Below are positions 15,001 to 30,000 of a DNA stretch of 64,000 bases, one piece after another (position 1 is the stretch's first letter; the number at the start of each line of letters is the position of its first letter). The notes below the pieces were generated by a model, which had not been told where the DNA came from, made no database searches, and saw only the letters and a program-made list of their open reading frames with translations. The position numbers and the translations under genes were made by a program. Origin of the DNA: Auanema rhodensis (Eukaryota; Animalia; Nematoda); the NCBI GenBank assembly GCA_964057225.1, contig CAXKVF010000075.1, positions 744,001 through 808,000 of the forward strand, given 5' to 3'.

Positions 15001-18000
15001 ACTTTGAAATTTACGTGAACTTTAATTTATGCTAATTAAATGTACACGTGATGTGCACTTGGTATGTAACTCGCTTCACGTGAAAGATAAAGAGATGCGG
15101 TTTTCAAAATTAGATTCCCCATGTCCATATTAGTCTAAAAACAAATTTTTATTGATATTGGTTCATGGTAACCATGACTTTGAAATTTACGTGAACTTTA
15201 ATTTATGCTAATTAAATGTACACGTGATGTGCACTTGGTATGTAACTCGCTTCACGTGAAAGATAAAGAGATGCGGTTTTCAAAAATAGATTCCCCATGT
15301 CCATATCAGTCTAAAAACAAATTTTTATTGATATTGGTTCATGGTAACCATGACTTTGAAATTTACGTGAACTTTAATTTATGCTAATTAAATGTACACG
15401 TGATGTGCACTTGGTATGTAACTCGCTTCACGTGAAAGATAAAGAGATGCGGTTTTCAAAATTAGATTCCCCATGTCCATATTAGTCTAAAAACAAATTT
15501 TTATTGATATTGGTGCATGGTAACCATGACTTTGAAATTTACGTGAACTTTAATTTATGCTAATTAAATGTACACGTGATGTGCACTTGGTATGTAACTC
15601 GCTTCACGTGAAAGATAAAGAGATGCGGTTTTCAAAATTAGATCCCCCATGTCCATATTAGTCTAAAAACAAATTTTGATTGATATTGGTGCATGGTAAC
15701 CATGACTTTGAAATTTACGTGAACTTTAATTTATGCTAATTAAATGTACACGTGATGTGCACTTGGTATGTAACTCGCTTCACGTGAAAGATAAAGAGAT
15801 GCGGTTTTCAAAATTAGATTCCCCATGTCCATATTAGTCTAAAAACAAATTTTTATTGATATTGGTTCATGGTAACCATGACTTTGAAATTTACGTGAAC
15901 TTTAATTTATGCTAATTAAATGTACACGTGATGTGCACTTGGTATGTAACTCGCTTCACGTGAAAGATAAAGAGATGCGGTTTTCAAAATTAGATTCCCC
16001 ATGTCCATATTAGTCTAAAAACAAATTTTTATTGATATTGGTGCATGGTAACCATGACTTTGAAATTTACGTGAACTTTAATTTATGCTAATTAAATGTA
16101 CACGTGATGTGCACTTGGTATGTAACTCGCTTCACGTGAAAGATAAAGAGATGCGGTTTTCAAAATTAGATCCCCCATGTCCATATTAGTCTAAAAACAA
16201 ATTTTGATTGATATTGGTGCATGGTAACCATGACTTTGAAATTTACGTGAACTTTAATTTATGCTAATTAAATGTACACGTGATGTGCACTTGGTATGTA
16301 ACTCGCTTCACGTGAAAGATAAAGAGATGCGGTTTTCAAAATTAGATTCCCCATGTCCATATTAGTCTAAAAACAAATTTTTATTGATATTGGTGCATGG
16401 TAACCATGACTTTGAAATTTACGTGAACTTTAATTTATGCTAATTAAATGTACACGTGATGTGCACTTGGTATGTAACTCGCTTCACGTGAAAGATAAAG
16501 AGATGCGGTTTTCAAAATTAGATTCCCCATGTCCATATTAGTCTAAAAACAAATTTTTATTGATATTGGTTCATGGTAACCATGACTTTGAAATTTACGT
16601 GAACTTTAATTTATGCTAATTAAATGTACACGTGATGTGCACTTGGTATGTAACTCGCTTCACGTGAAAGATAAAGAGATGCGGTTTTCAAAATTAGATT
16701 CCCCATGTCCATATTAGTCTAAAAACAAATTTTTATTGATATTGGTTCATGGTAACCATGACTTTGAAATTTACGTGAACTTTAATTTATGCTAATTAAA
16801 TGTACACGTGATGTGCACTTGGTATGTAACTCGCTTCACGTGAAAGATAAAGAGATGCGGTTTTCAAAATTAGATTCCCCATGTCCATATTAGTCTAAAA
16901 ACAAATTTTTATTGATATTGGTGCATGGTAACCATGACTTTGAAATTTACGTGAACTTTAATTTATGCTAATTAAATGTACACGTGATGTGCACTTGGTA
17001 TGTAACTCGCTTCACGTGAAAGATAAAGAGATGCGGTTTTCAAAATTAGATTCCCCATGTCCATATTAGTCTAAAAACAAATTTTTATTGATATTGCTTC
17101 ATGGTAACCATGACTTTGAAATTTACGTGAACTTTAATTTATGCTAATTAAATGTACACGTGATGTGCACTTGGTATGTAACTCGCTTCACGTGAAAGAT
17201 AAAGAGATGCGGTTTTCAAAATTAGATTCCCCATGTCCATATTAGTCTAAAAACAAATTTTTATTGATATTGGTTCATGGTAACCATGACTTTGAAATTT
17301 ACGTGAACTTTAATTTATGCTAATTAAATGTACACGTGATGTGCACTTGGTATGTAACTCGCTTCACGTGAAAGATAAAGAGATGCGGTTTTCAAAATTA
17401 GATTCCCCATGTCCATATTAGTCTAAAAACAAATTTTTATTGATATTGGTTCATGGTAACCATGACTTTGAAATTTACGTGAACTTTAATTTATGCTAAT
17501 TAAATGTACACGTGATGTGCACTTGGTATGTAACTCGCTTCACGTGAAAGATAAAGAGATGCGGTTTTCAAAATTAGATTCCCCATGTCCATATTAGTCT
17601 AAAAACAAATTTTTATTGATATTGGTGCATGGTAACCATGACTTTGAAATTTACGTGAACTTTAATTTATGCTAATTAAATGTACACGTGATGTGCACTT
17701 GGTATGTAACTCGCTTCACGTGAAAGATAAAGAGATGCGGTTTTCAAAATTAGATTCCCCATGTCCATATTAGTCTAAAAACAAATTTTTATTGATATTG
17801 GTTCATGGTAACCATGACTTTGAAATTTACGTGAACTTTAATTTATGCTAATTAAATGTACACGTGATGTGCACTTGGTATGTAACTCGCTTCACGTGAA
17901 AGATAAAGAGATGCGGTTTTCAAAATTAGATTCCCCATGTCCATATTAGTCTAAAAACAAATTTTTATTGATATTGGTTCATGGTAACCATGACTTTGAA

Positions 18001-21000
18001 ATTTACGTGAACTTTAATTTATGCTAATTAAGTGTACACGTAATGTGCACTTGGTATGTAACTCGCTTCACGTGAAAGATACAGAGATGCGGTTTACAAA
18101 ATTAGATTCCCCATGTCCATATTAGTCTAAAAACAAATTTTTATTGATATTGGTGCATGGTAACCATGACTTTGAAATTTACGTGAACTTTAATTTATGC
18201 TAATTAAATGTACACGTGATGTGCACTTGGTATGTAACTCGCTTCACGTGAAAGATAAAGAGATGCGGTTTTCAAAATTAGATTCCCCATGTCCATATTA
18301 GTCTAAAAACAAATTTTTATTGATATTGGTTCATGGTAACCATGACTTTGAAATTTACGTGAACTTTAATTTATGCTAATTAAATGTACACGTGATGTGC
18401 ACTTCGTATGTAACTCGCTTCACGTGAAAGATAAAGAGATGCGGTTTTCAAAATTAGATTCCCCATGTCCATATTAGTCTAAAAACAAATTTTTATTGAT
18501 ATTGGTTCATGGTAACCATGACTTTGAAATTTACGTGAACTTTAATTTATGCTAATTAAATGTACACGTGATGTGCACTTGGTATGTAACTCGCTTCACG
18601 TGAAAGATAAAGAGATGCGGTTTTCAAAATTAGATTCCCCATGTCCATATTAGTCTAAAAACAAATTTTTATTGATATTGGTTCATGGTAACCATGACTT
18701 TGAAATTTACGTGAACTTTAATTTATGCTAATTAAATGTACACGTGATGTGCACTTGGTATGTAACTCGCTTCACGTGAAAGATAAAGAGATGCGGTTTT
18801 CAAAATTAGATTCCCCATGTCCATATTAGTCTAAAAACAAATTTTTATTGATATTGGTTCATGGTAACCATGACTTTGAAATTTACGTGAACTTTAATTT
18901 ATGCTAATTAAGTGTACACGTAATGTGCACTTGGTATGTAACTCGCTTCACGTGAAAGATAAAGAGATGCGGTTTTCAAAATTAGATTCCCCATGTCCAT
19001 ATTAGTCTAAAAACAAATTTTTATTGATATTGGTGCATGGTAACCATGACTTTGAAATTTACGTGAACTTCAATTTATGCTAATTAAATGTACACGTGAT
19101 GTGCACTTGGTATGTAACTCGCTTCACGTGAAAGATAAAGAGATGCGGTTTTCAAAATTAGATCCCCCATGTCCATATTAGTCTAAAAACAAATTTTGAT
19201 TGATATTGGTGCATGGTAACCATGACTTTGAAATTTACGTGAACTTTAATTTATGCTAATTAAATGTACACGTAATGTGCACTTGGTATGTAACTCGCTT
19301 CACGTGAAAGATAAAGAGATGCGGTTTTCAAAATTAGATTCCCCATGTCCATATTAGTCTAAAAACAAATTTTTATTGATATTGGTTCATGGTAACCATG
19401 ACTTTGAAATTTACGTGAACTTTAATTTATGCTAATTAAATGTACACGTGATGTGCACTTGGTATGTAACTCGCTTCACGTGAAAGATAAAGAGATGCGG
19501 TTTTCAAAATTAGATTCCCCATGTCCATATTAGTCTAAAAACAAATTTTTATTGATATTGGTGCATGGTAACCATGACTTTGAAATTTACGTGAACTTTA
19601 ATTTATGCTAATTAAATGTACACGTGATATGCACTTGGTATGTAACTCGCTTCACGTGAAAGATGAAGAGATGCGGTTTTCAAAATTAGATTCCCCATGT
19701 CCATATTAGTCTAAAAACAAATTTTTATTGATATTGGTGCATGGTAACCATGACTTTGAAATTTACGTGAACTTTAATTTATGCTAATTAAATGTACACG
19801 TGATGTGCACTTGGTATGTAACTCGCTTCACGTGAAAGATAAAGAGATGCGGTTTTCAAAATTAGATTCCCCATGTCCATATTAGTCTAAAAACAAATTT
19901 TTATTGATATTGGTTCATGGTAACCATGACTTTGAAATTTACGTGAACTTTAATTTATGCTAATTAAATGTACACGTGATGTGCACTTGGTATGTAACTC
20001 GCTTCACGTGAAAGATAAAGAGATGCGGTTTTCAAAATTAGATTCCCCATGTCCATATTAGTCTAAAAACAAACTTTTATTGATATTGGTTCATGGTAAC
20101 CATGACTTTGAAATTTACGTGAACTTTAATTTATGCTAATTAAGTGTACACGTAATGTGCACTTGGTATGTAACTCGCTTCACGTGAAAGATAAAGAGAT
20201 GCGGTTTTCAAAATTAGATTCCCCATGTCCATATTAGTCTAAAAACAAATTTTTATTGATATTGGTGCATGGTAACCATGACTTTGAAATTTACGTGAAC
20301 TTCAATTTATGCTAATTAAATGTACACGTGATGTGCACTTGGTATGTAACTCGCTTCACGTGAAAGATAAAGAGATGCGGTTTTCAAAATTAGATTCCCC
20401 ATGTCCATATTAGTCTAAAAACAAATTTTTATTGATATTGGTGCATGGTAACCATGACTTTGAATTTTACGTGAACTTTAATTTATGCTAATTAAATGTA
20501 CACGTGATGTGCACTTGGTATGTAACTCGCTTCACGTGAAAGATAAAGAGATGCGGTTTTCAAAATTAGATCCCCCATGTCCATATTAGTCTAAAAACAA
20601 ATTTTGATTGATATTGGTGCATGGTAACCATGACTTTGAAATTTACGTGAACTTTAATTTATGCTAATTAAATGTACACGTAATGTGCACTTGGTATGTA
20701 ACTCGCTTCACGTGAAAGATAAAGAGATGCGGTTTTCAAAATTAGATTCCCCATGTCCATATTAGTCTAAAAACAAATTTTTATTGATATTGGTTCATGG
20801 TAACCATGACTTTGAAATTTACGTGAACTTTAATTTATGCTAATTAAATGTACACGTGATGTGCACTTGGTATGTAACTCGCTTCACGTGAAAGATAAAG
20901 AGATGCGGTTTTCAAAATTAGATTCCCCATGTCCATATTAGTCTAAAAACAAATTTTTATTGATATTGGTGCATGGTAACCATGACTTTGAAATTTACGT

Positions 21001-24000
21001 GAACTTTAATTTATGCTAATTAAATGTACACGTGATATGCACTTGGTATGTAACTCGCTTCACGTGAAAGATGAAGAGATGCGGTTTTCAAAATTAGATT
21101 CCCCATGTCCATATTAGTCTAAAAACAAATTTTTATTGATATTGGTGCATGGTAACCATGACTTTGAAATTTACGTGAACTTTAATTTATGCTAATTAAA
21201 TGTACACGTGATGTGCACTTGGTATGTAACTCGCTTCACGTGAAAGATAAAGAGATGCGGTTTTCAAAATTAGATTCCCCATGTCCATATTAGTCTAAAA
21301 ACAAATTTTTATTGATATTGGTTCATGGTAACCATGACTTTGAAATTTACGTGAACTTTAATTTATGCTAATTAAATGTACACGTGATGTGCACTTGGTA
21401 TGTAACTCGCTTCACGTGAAAGATAAAGAGATGCGGTTTTCAAAATTAGATTCCCCATGTCCATATTAGTCTAAAAACAAATTTTTATTGATATTGGTTC
21501 ATGGTAACCATGACTTTGAAATTTACGTGAACTTTAATTTATGCTAATTAAGTGTACACGTAATGTGCACTTGGTATGTAACTCGCTTCACGTGAAAGAT
21601 AAAGAGATGCGGTTTTCAAAATTAGATTCCCCATGTCCATATTAGTCTAAAAACAAATTTTTATTGATATTGGTGCATGGTAACCATGACTTTGAAATTT
21701 ACGTGAACTTCAATTTATGCTAATTAAATGTACACGTGATGTGCACTTGGTATGTAACTCGCTTCACGTGAAAGATAAAGAGATGCGGTTTTCAAAATTA
21801 GATTCCCCATGTCCATATTAGTCTAAAAACAAATTTTTATTGATATTGGTGCATGGTAACCATGACTTTGAATTTTACGTGAACTTTAATTTATGCTAAT
21901 TAAATGTACACGTGATGTGCACTTGGTATGTAACTCGCTTCACGTGAAAGATAAAGAGATGCGGTTTTCAAAATTAGATCCCCCATGTCCATATTAGTCT
22001 AAAAACAAATTTTGATTGATATTGGTGCATGGTAACCATGACTTTGAAATTTACGTGAACTTTAATTTATGCTAATTAAATGTACACGTAATGTGCACTT
22101 GGTATGTAACTCGCTTCACGTGAAAGATAAAGAGATGCGGTTTTCAAAATTAGATTCCCCATGTCCATATTAGTCTAAAAACAAATTTTTATTGATATTG
22201 GTTCATGGTAACCATGACTTTGAAATTTACGTGAACTTTAATTTATGCTAATTAAATGTACACGTGATGTGCACTTGGTATGTAACTCGCTTCACGTGAA
22301 AGATAAAGAGATGCGGTTTTCAAAATTAGATTCCCCATGTCCATATTAGTCTAAAAACAAATTTTTATTGATATTGGTGCATGGTAACCATGACTTTGAA
22401 ATTTACGTGAACTTTAATTTATGCTAATTAAATGTACACGTGATATGCACTTGGTATGTAACTCGCTTCACGTGAAAGATGAAGAGATGCGGTTTTCAAA
22501 ATTAGATTCCCCATGTCCATATTAGTCTAAAAACAAATTTTTATTGATATTGGTGCATGGTAACCATGACTTTGAAATTTACGTGAACTTTAATTTATGC
22601 TAATTAAATGTACACGTGATGTGCACTTGGTATGTAACTCGCTTCACGTGAAAGATAAAGAGATGCGGTTTTCAAAATTAGATTCCCCATGTCCATATTA
22701 GTCTAAAAACAAATTTTTATTGATATTGCTTCATGGTAACCATGACTTTGAAATTTACGTGAACTTTAATTTATGCTAATTAAATGTACACGTGATGTGC
22801 ACTTGGTATGTAACTCGCTTCACGTGAAAGATAAAGAGATGCGGTTTTCAAAATTAGATTCCCCATGTCCATATTAGTCTAAAAACAAATTTTTATTGAT
22901 ATTGGTGCATGGTAACCATGACTTTGAAATTTACGTGAACTTTAATTTATGCTAATTAAATGTACACGTGATGTGCACTTGGTATGTAACTCGCTTCACG
23001 TGAAAGATAAAGAGATGCGGTTTTCAAAATTAGATTCCCCATGTCCATATTAGTCTAAAAACAAATTTTTATTGATATTGGTGCATGGTAACCATGACTT
23101 TGAAATATACGTGAACTTTAATTTATGCTAATTAAATGTACACGTGATGTGCACTTGGTATGTAACTCGCTTCACGTGAAAGATAAAAAGATGCGGTTTT
23201 CAAAATTAGATTCCCCATGTCCATATTAGTCTAAAAACAAATTTTTATTGATATTGGTGCATGGTAACCATGACTTTGAATTTTACGTGAACTTTAATTT
23301 ATGCTAATTAAATGTACACGTGATGTGCACTTGGTATGTAACTCGCTTCACGTGAAAGATAAAGAGATGCGGTTTTCAAAATTAGATTCCCCATGTCCAT
23401 ATTAGTCTAAAAACAAATTTTTATTGATATTGGTTCATGGTAACCATGACTTTGAAATTTACGTGAACTTTAATTTATGCTAATTAAATGTACACGTGAT
23501 GTGCACTTGGTATGTAACTCGCTTCACGTGAAAGATAAAGAGATGCGGTTTTCAAAATTAGATTTCCCATGTCCATATTAGTCTAAAAACAAATTTTTAT
23601 TGATATTGGTGCATGGTAACCATGACTTTGAATTTTACGTGAACTTTAATTTATGCTAATTAAATGTACACGTGATGTGCACTTGGTATGTAACTCGCTT
23701 CACGTGAAAGATAAAGAGATGCGGTTTTTAAAATTAGATTCCCCATGTCCATATTAGTCTAAAAACAAATTTTTATTGATATTGGTTCATGGTAACCATG
23801 ACTTTGAAATTTACGTGAACTTTAATTTATGCTAATTAAATGTACACGTGATGTGCACTTGGTATGTAACTCGCTTCACGTGAAAGATAAAGAGATGCGG
23901 TTTTCAAAATTAGATTCCCCATGTCCATATTAGTCTAAAAACAAATTTTTATTGATATTGCTTCATGGTAACCATGACTTTGAAATTTACGTGAACTTTA

Positions 24001-27000
24001 ATTTATGCTAATTAAATGTACACGTGATGTGCACTTGGTATGTAACTCGCTTCACGTGAAAGATAAAGAGATGCGGTTTTCAAAATTAGATTCCCCCTGT
24101 CCATATTAGTCTGAAATCAAATTTTTATTGATATTGGTTCATGGTAACCATGACTTTGAAATATACGTGAACTTTAATTTATGCTAATTAAATGTACACG
24201 TGATGTGCACTTGGTATGTAACTCGCTTCACGTGAAAGATAAAGAGATGCGGTTTTCAAAATTAGATTCCCCATGTCCATATTAGTCTAAAAACAAATTT
24301 TTATTGATATTGGTGCATGGTAACCATGACTTTGAAATATACGTGAACTTTAATTTATGCTAATTAAATGTACACGTGATGTGCACTTGGTATGTAACTC
24401 GCTTCACGTGAAAGATAAAGAGATGCGGTTTTCAAAATTAGATTCCCCATGTCCATATTAGTCTAAAAACAAATTTTTATTGATATTGGTTCATGGTAAC
24501 CATGACTTTGAAATTTACGTGAACTTTAATTCATGCTAATTAAATGTACACGTGATGTGCACTTGGTATGTAACTCGCTTCACGTGAAAGATAAAGAGAT
24601 GCGGTTCTCAAAATTAGATTCCCCATGTCCATATTAGTCTAAAAACAAATTTTTATTGATATTGCTTCATGGTAACCATGACTTTGAAATTTACGTGAAC
24701 TTTAATTTATGCTAATTAAATGTACACGTGATGTGCACTTGGTATGTAACTCGCTTCACGTGAAAGATGAAGAGATGCGGTTTTCAAAATTAGATTCCCC
24801 ATGTCCATATTAGTCTAAAAACAAATTTTTATTGATATTGGTGCATGGTAACCATGACTTTGAAATTTACGTGAACTTTAATTTATGCTAATTAAATGTA
24901 CACGTGATGTGCACTTGGTATGTAACTCGCTTCACGTGAAAGATAAAGAGATGCGGTTTTCAAAATTAGATTCCCCATGTCCATATTAGTCTAAAAACAA
25001 ATTTTTATTGATATTGGTGCATGGTAACCATGACTTTGAAATTTACGTGAACTTTAATTTATGCTAATTAAATGTACACGTGATGTGCACTTGGTATGTA
25101 ACTCGCTTCACGTGAAAGATAAAGAGATGCGGTTTTCAAAATTAGATTCCCCATGTCCATATTAGTCTAAAAACAAATTTTTATTGATATTGGTTCATGG
25201 TAACCATGACTTTGAAATTTACGTGAACTTTAATTCATGCTAATTAAATGTACACGTGATGTGCACTTGGTATGTAACTCGCTTCACGTGAAAGATAAAG
25301 AGATGCGGTTTTCAAAATTAGATTCCCCATGTCCATATTAGTCTAAAAACAAATTTTTATTGATATTGGTGCATGGTAACCATGACTTTGAAATTTACGT
25401 GAACTTTAATTTATGCTAATTAAATGTACACGTGATGTGCACTTGGTATGTAACTCGCTTCACGTGAAAGATAAAGAGATGCGGTTTTCAAAATTAGATT
25501 CCCCATGTCCATATTAGTCTAAAAACAAATTTTTATTGATATTGGTTCATGGTAACCATGACTTTGAAATTTACGTGAACTTTAATTTATGCTAATTAAA
25601 TGTACACGTGATGTGCACTTGGTATGTAACTCGCTTCACGTGAAAGATAAAGAGATGCGGTTTTCAAAATTAGATTCCCCATGTCCATATTAGTCTAAAA
25701 ACAAATTTTTATTGATATTGCTTCATGGTAACCATGACTTTGAAATTTACGTGAACTTTAATTTATGCTAATTAAATGTACACGTGATGTGCACTTGGTA
25801 TGTAACTCGCTTCACGTGAAAGATAAAGAGATGCGGTTTTCAAAATTAGATTCCCCCTGTCCATATTAGTCTAAAAACAAATTTTTATTGATATTGGTTC
25901 ATGGTAACCATGACTTTGAAATATACGTGAACTTTAATTTATGCTAATTAAATGTACACGTGATGTGCACTTGGTATGTAACTCGCTTCACGTGAAAGAT
26001 AAAGAGATGCGGTTTTCAAAATTAGATTCCCCATGTCCATATTAGTCTAAAAACAAATTTTTATTGATATTGGTGCATGGTAACCATGACTTTGAAATAT
26101 ACGTGAACTTTAATTTATGCTAATTAAATGTACACGTGATGTGCACTTGGTATGTAACTCGCTTCACGTGAAAGATAAAGAGATGCGGTTTTCAAAATTA
26201 GATTCCCCATGTCCATATTAGTCTAAAAACAAATTTTTATTGATATTGGTTCATGGTAACCATGACTTTGAAATTTACGTGAACTTTAATTCATGCTAAT
26301 TAAATGTACACGTGATGTGCACTTGGTATGTAACTCGCTTCACGTGAAAGATGAAGAGATGCGGTTTTCAAAATTAGATTCCCCATGTCCATATTAGTCT
26401 AAAAACAAATTTTTATTGATATTGCTTCATGGTAACCATGACTTTGAAATTTACGTGAACTTTAATTTATGCTAATTAAATGTACACGTGATGTGCACTT
26501 GGTATGTAACTCGCTTCACGTGAAAGATAAAGAGATGCGGTTTTCAAAATTAGATTCCCCATGTCCATATTAGTCTAAAAACAAATTTTTATTGATATTG
26601 GTGCATGGTAACCATGACTTTGAAATTTACGTGAACTTTAATTTATGCTAATTAAATGTACACGTGATGTGCACTTGGTATGTAACTCGCTTCACGTGAA
26701 AGATAAAGAGATGCGGTTTTCAAAATTAGATTCCCCATGTCCATATTAGTCTAAAAACAAATTTTTATTGATATTGGTTCATGGTAACCATGACTTTGAA
26801 ATTTACGTGAACTTTAATTCATGCTAATTAAATGTACACGTGATGTGCACTTGGTATGTAACTCGCTTCACGTGAAAGATAAAGAGATGCGGTTTTCAAA
26901 ATTAGATTCCCCATGTCCATATTAGTCTAAAAACAAATTTTTATTGATATTGGTGCATGGTAACCATGACTTTGAAATTTACGTGAACTTTAATTTATGC

Positions 27001-30000
27001 TAATTAAATGTACACGTGATGTGCACTTGGTATGTAACTCGCTTCACGTGAAAGATAAAGAGATGCGGTTTTCAAAATTAGATTCCCCATGTCCATATTA
27101 GTCTAAAAACAAATTTTTATTGATATTGGTTCATGGTAACCATGACTTTGAAATTTACGTGAACTTTAATTTATGCTAATTAAATGTACACGTGATGTGC
27201 ACTTGGTGTGTAACTCGCTTCACGTGAAAGATAAAGAGATGCGGTTTTCAAAATTAGATTCCCCATGTCCATATTAGTCTAAAAACAAATTTTTATTGAT
27301 ATTGCTTCATGGTAACCATGACTTTGAAATTTACGTGAACTTTAATTTATGCTAATTAAATGTACACGTGATGTGCACTTGGTATGTAACTCGCTTCACG
27401 TGAAAGATAAAGAGATGCGGTTTTCAAAATTAGATTCCCCATGTCCATATTAGTCTAAAAACAAATTTTTATTGATATTGGTTCATGGTAACCATGACTT
27501 TGAAATTTACGTGAACTTTAATTTATGCTAATTAAATGTACACGTGATGTGCACTTGGTATGTAACTCGCTTCACGTGAAAGATAAAGAGATGCGGTTTT
27601 CAAAATTAGATTCCCCATGTCCATATTAGTCTAAAAACAAATTTTTATTGATATTGGTTCATGGTAACCATGACTTTGAAATTTACGTGAACTTTAATTT
27701 ATGCTAATTAAATGTACACGTGATGTGCACTTGGTATGTAACTCGCTTCACGTGAAAGATAAAGAGATGCGGTTTTCAAAATTAGATTCCCCATGTCCAT
27801 ATTAGTCTAAAAACAAATTTTTATTGATATTGGTTCATGGTAACCATGACTTTGAAATTTACGTGAACTTTAATTTATGCTAATTAAATGTACACGTGAT
27901 GTGCACTTGGTGTGTAACTCGCTTCACGTGAAAGATAAAGAGATGCGGTTTTCAAAATTAGATTCCCCATGTCCATATTAGTCTAAAAACAAATTTTTAT
28001 TGATATTGCTTCATGGTAACCATGACTTTGAAATTTACGTGAACTTTAATTTATGCTAATTAAATGTACACGTGATGTGCACTTGGTATGTAACTCGCTT
28101 CACGTGAAAGATAAAGAGATGCGGTTTTCAAAATTAGATTCCCCATGTCCATATTAGTCTAAAAACAAATTTTTATTGATATTGGTTCATGGTAACCATG
28201 ACTTTGAAATTTACGTGAACTTTAATTTATGCTAATTAAATGTACACGTGATGTGCACTTGGTATGTAACTCGCTTCACGTGAAAGATAAAGAGATGCGG
28301 TTTTCAAAATTAGATTCCCCATGTCCATATTAGTCTAAAAACAAATTTTTATTGATATTGGTTCATGGTAACCATGACTTTGAAATTTACGTGAACTTTA
28401 ATTTATGCTAATTAAATGTACACGTGATGTGCACTTGGTATGTAACTCGCTTCACGTGAAAGATAAAGAGATGCGGTTTTCAAAATTAGATTCCCCATGT
28501 CCATATTAGTCTAAAAACAAATTTTTATTGATATTGGTGCATGGTAACCATGACTTTGAAATTTACGTGAACTTTAATTTATGCTAATTAAATGTACACG
28601 TGATGTGCACTTGGTATGTAACTCGCTTCACGTGAAAGATAAAGAGATGCGGTTTTCAAAATTAGATTTCCCATGTCCATATTAGTCTAAAAACAAATTT
28701 TTATTGATATTGGTGCATGGTAACCATGACTTTGAAATTTACGTGAACTTTAATTTATGCTAATTAAATGTACACGTGATGTGCACTTGGTATGTAACTC
28801 GCTTCACGTGAAAGATAAAGAGATGCGGTTTTCAAAATTAGATTCCCCATGTCCATATTAGTCTAAAAACAAATTTTTATTGATATTGGTTCATGGTAAC
28901 CATGACTTTGAAATTTACGTGAACTTTAATTTATGCTAATTAAATGTACACGTGATGTGCACTTGGTATGTAACCCGCTTCACGTGAAAGATAAAGAGAT
29001 GCGGTTTTCAAAATTAGATTCCCCATGTCCATATTAGTCTAAAAACAAATTTTTATTGATATTGGTGCATGGTAACCATGACTTTGAAATTTACGTGAAC
29101 TTTAATTTATGCTAATTAAATGTACACGTGATGTGCACTTGGTATGTAACTCGCTTCACGTGAAAGATAAAGAGATGCGGTTTTCAAAATTAGATTCCCC
29201 ATGTCCATATTAGTCTAAAAACAAATTTTTATTGATAATGGTTCATGGTAACCATGACTTTGAAATTTACGTGAACTTTAATTTATGCTAATTAAATGTA
29301 CACGTGATGTGCACTTGGTATGTAACTCGCTTCACGTGAAAGATAAAGAGATGCGGTTTTCAAAATTAGATTCCCCATGTCCATATTAGTCTAAAAACAA
29401 ATTTTTATTGATATTGCTTCATGGTAACCATGACTTTGAAATTTACGTGAACTTTAATTTATGCTAATTAAATGTACACGTGATGTGCACTTGTTATGTA
29501 ACTCGCTTCACGTGAAAGATAAAGAGATGCGGTTTTCAAAATTAGATTCCCCATGTCCATATTAGTCTAAAAACAAATTTTTATTGATATTGGTTCATGG
29601 TAACCATGACTTTGAAATTTACGTGAACTTTAATTTATGCTAATTAAATGTACACGTGATGTGCACTTGGTATGTAACTCGCTTCACGTGAAAGATAAAG
29701 AGATGCGGTTTTCAAAAATAGATTCCCCATGTCCATATCAGTCTAAAAACAAATTTTTATTGATATTGGTTCATGGTAACCATGACTTTGAAATTTACGT
29801 GAACTTTAATTTATGCTAATTAAATGTACACGTGATGTGCACTTGGTATGTAACTCGCTTCACGTGAAAGATAAAGAGATGCGGTTTTCAAAATTAGATT
29901 CCCCATGTCCATATTAGTCTAAAAACAAATTTTTATTGATAATGGTTCATGGTAACCATGACTTTGAAATTTACGTGAACTTTAATTTATGCTAATTAAA

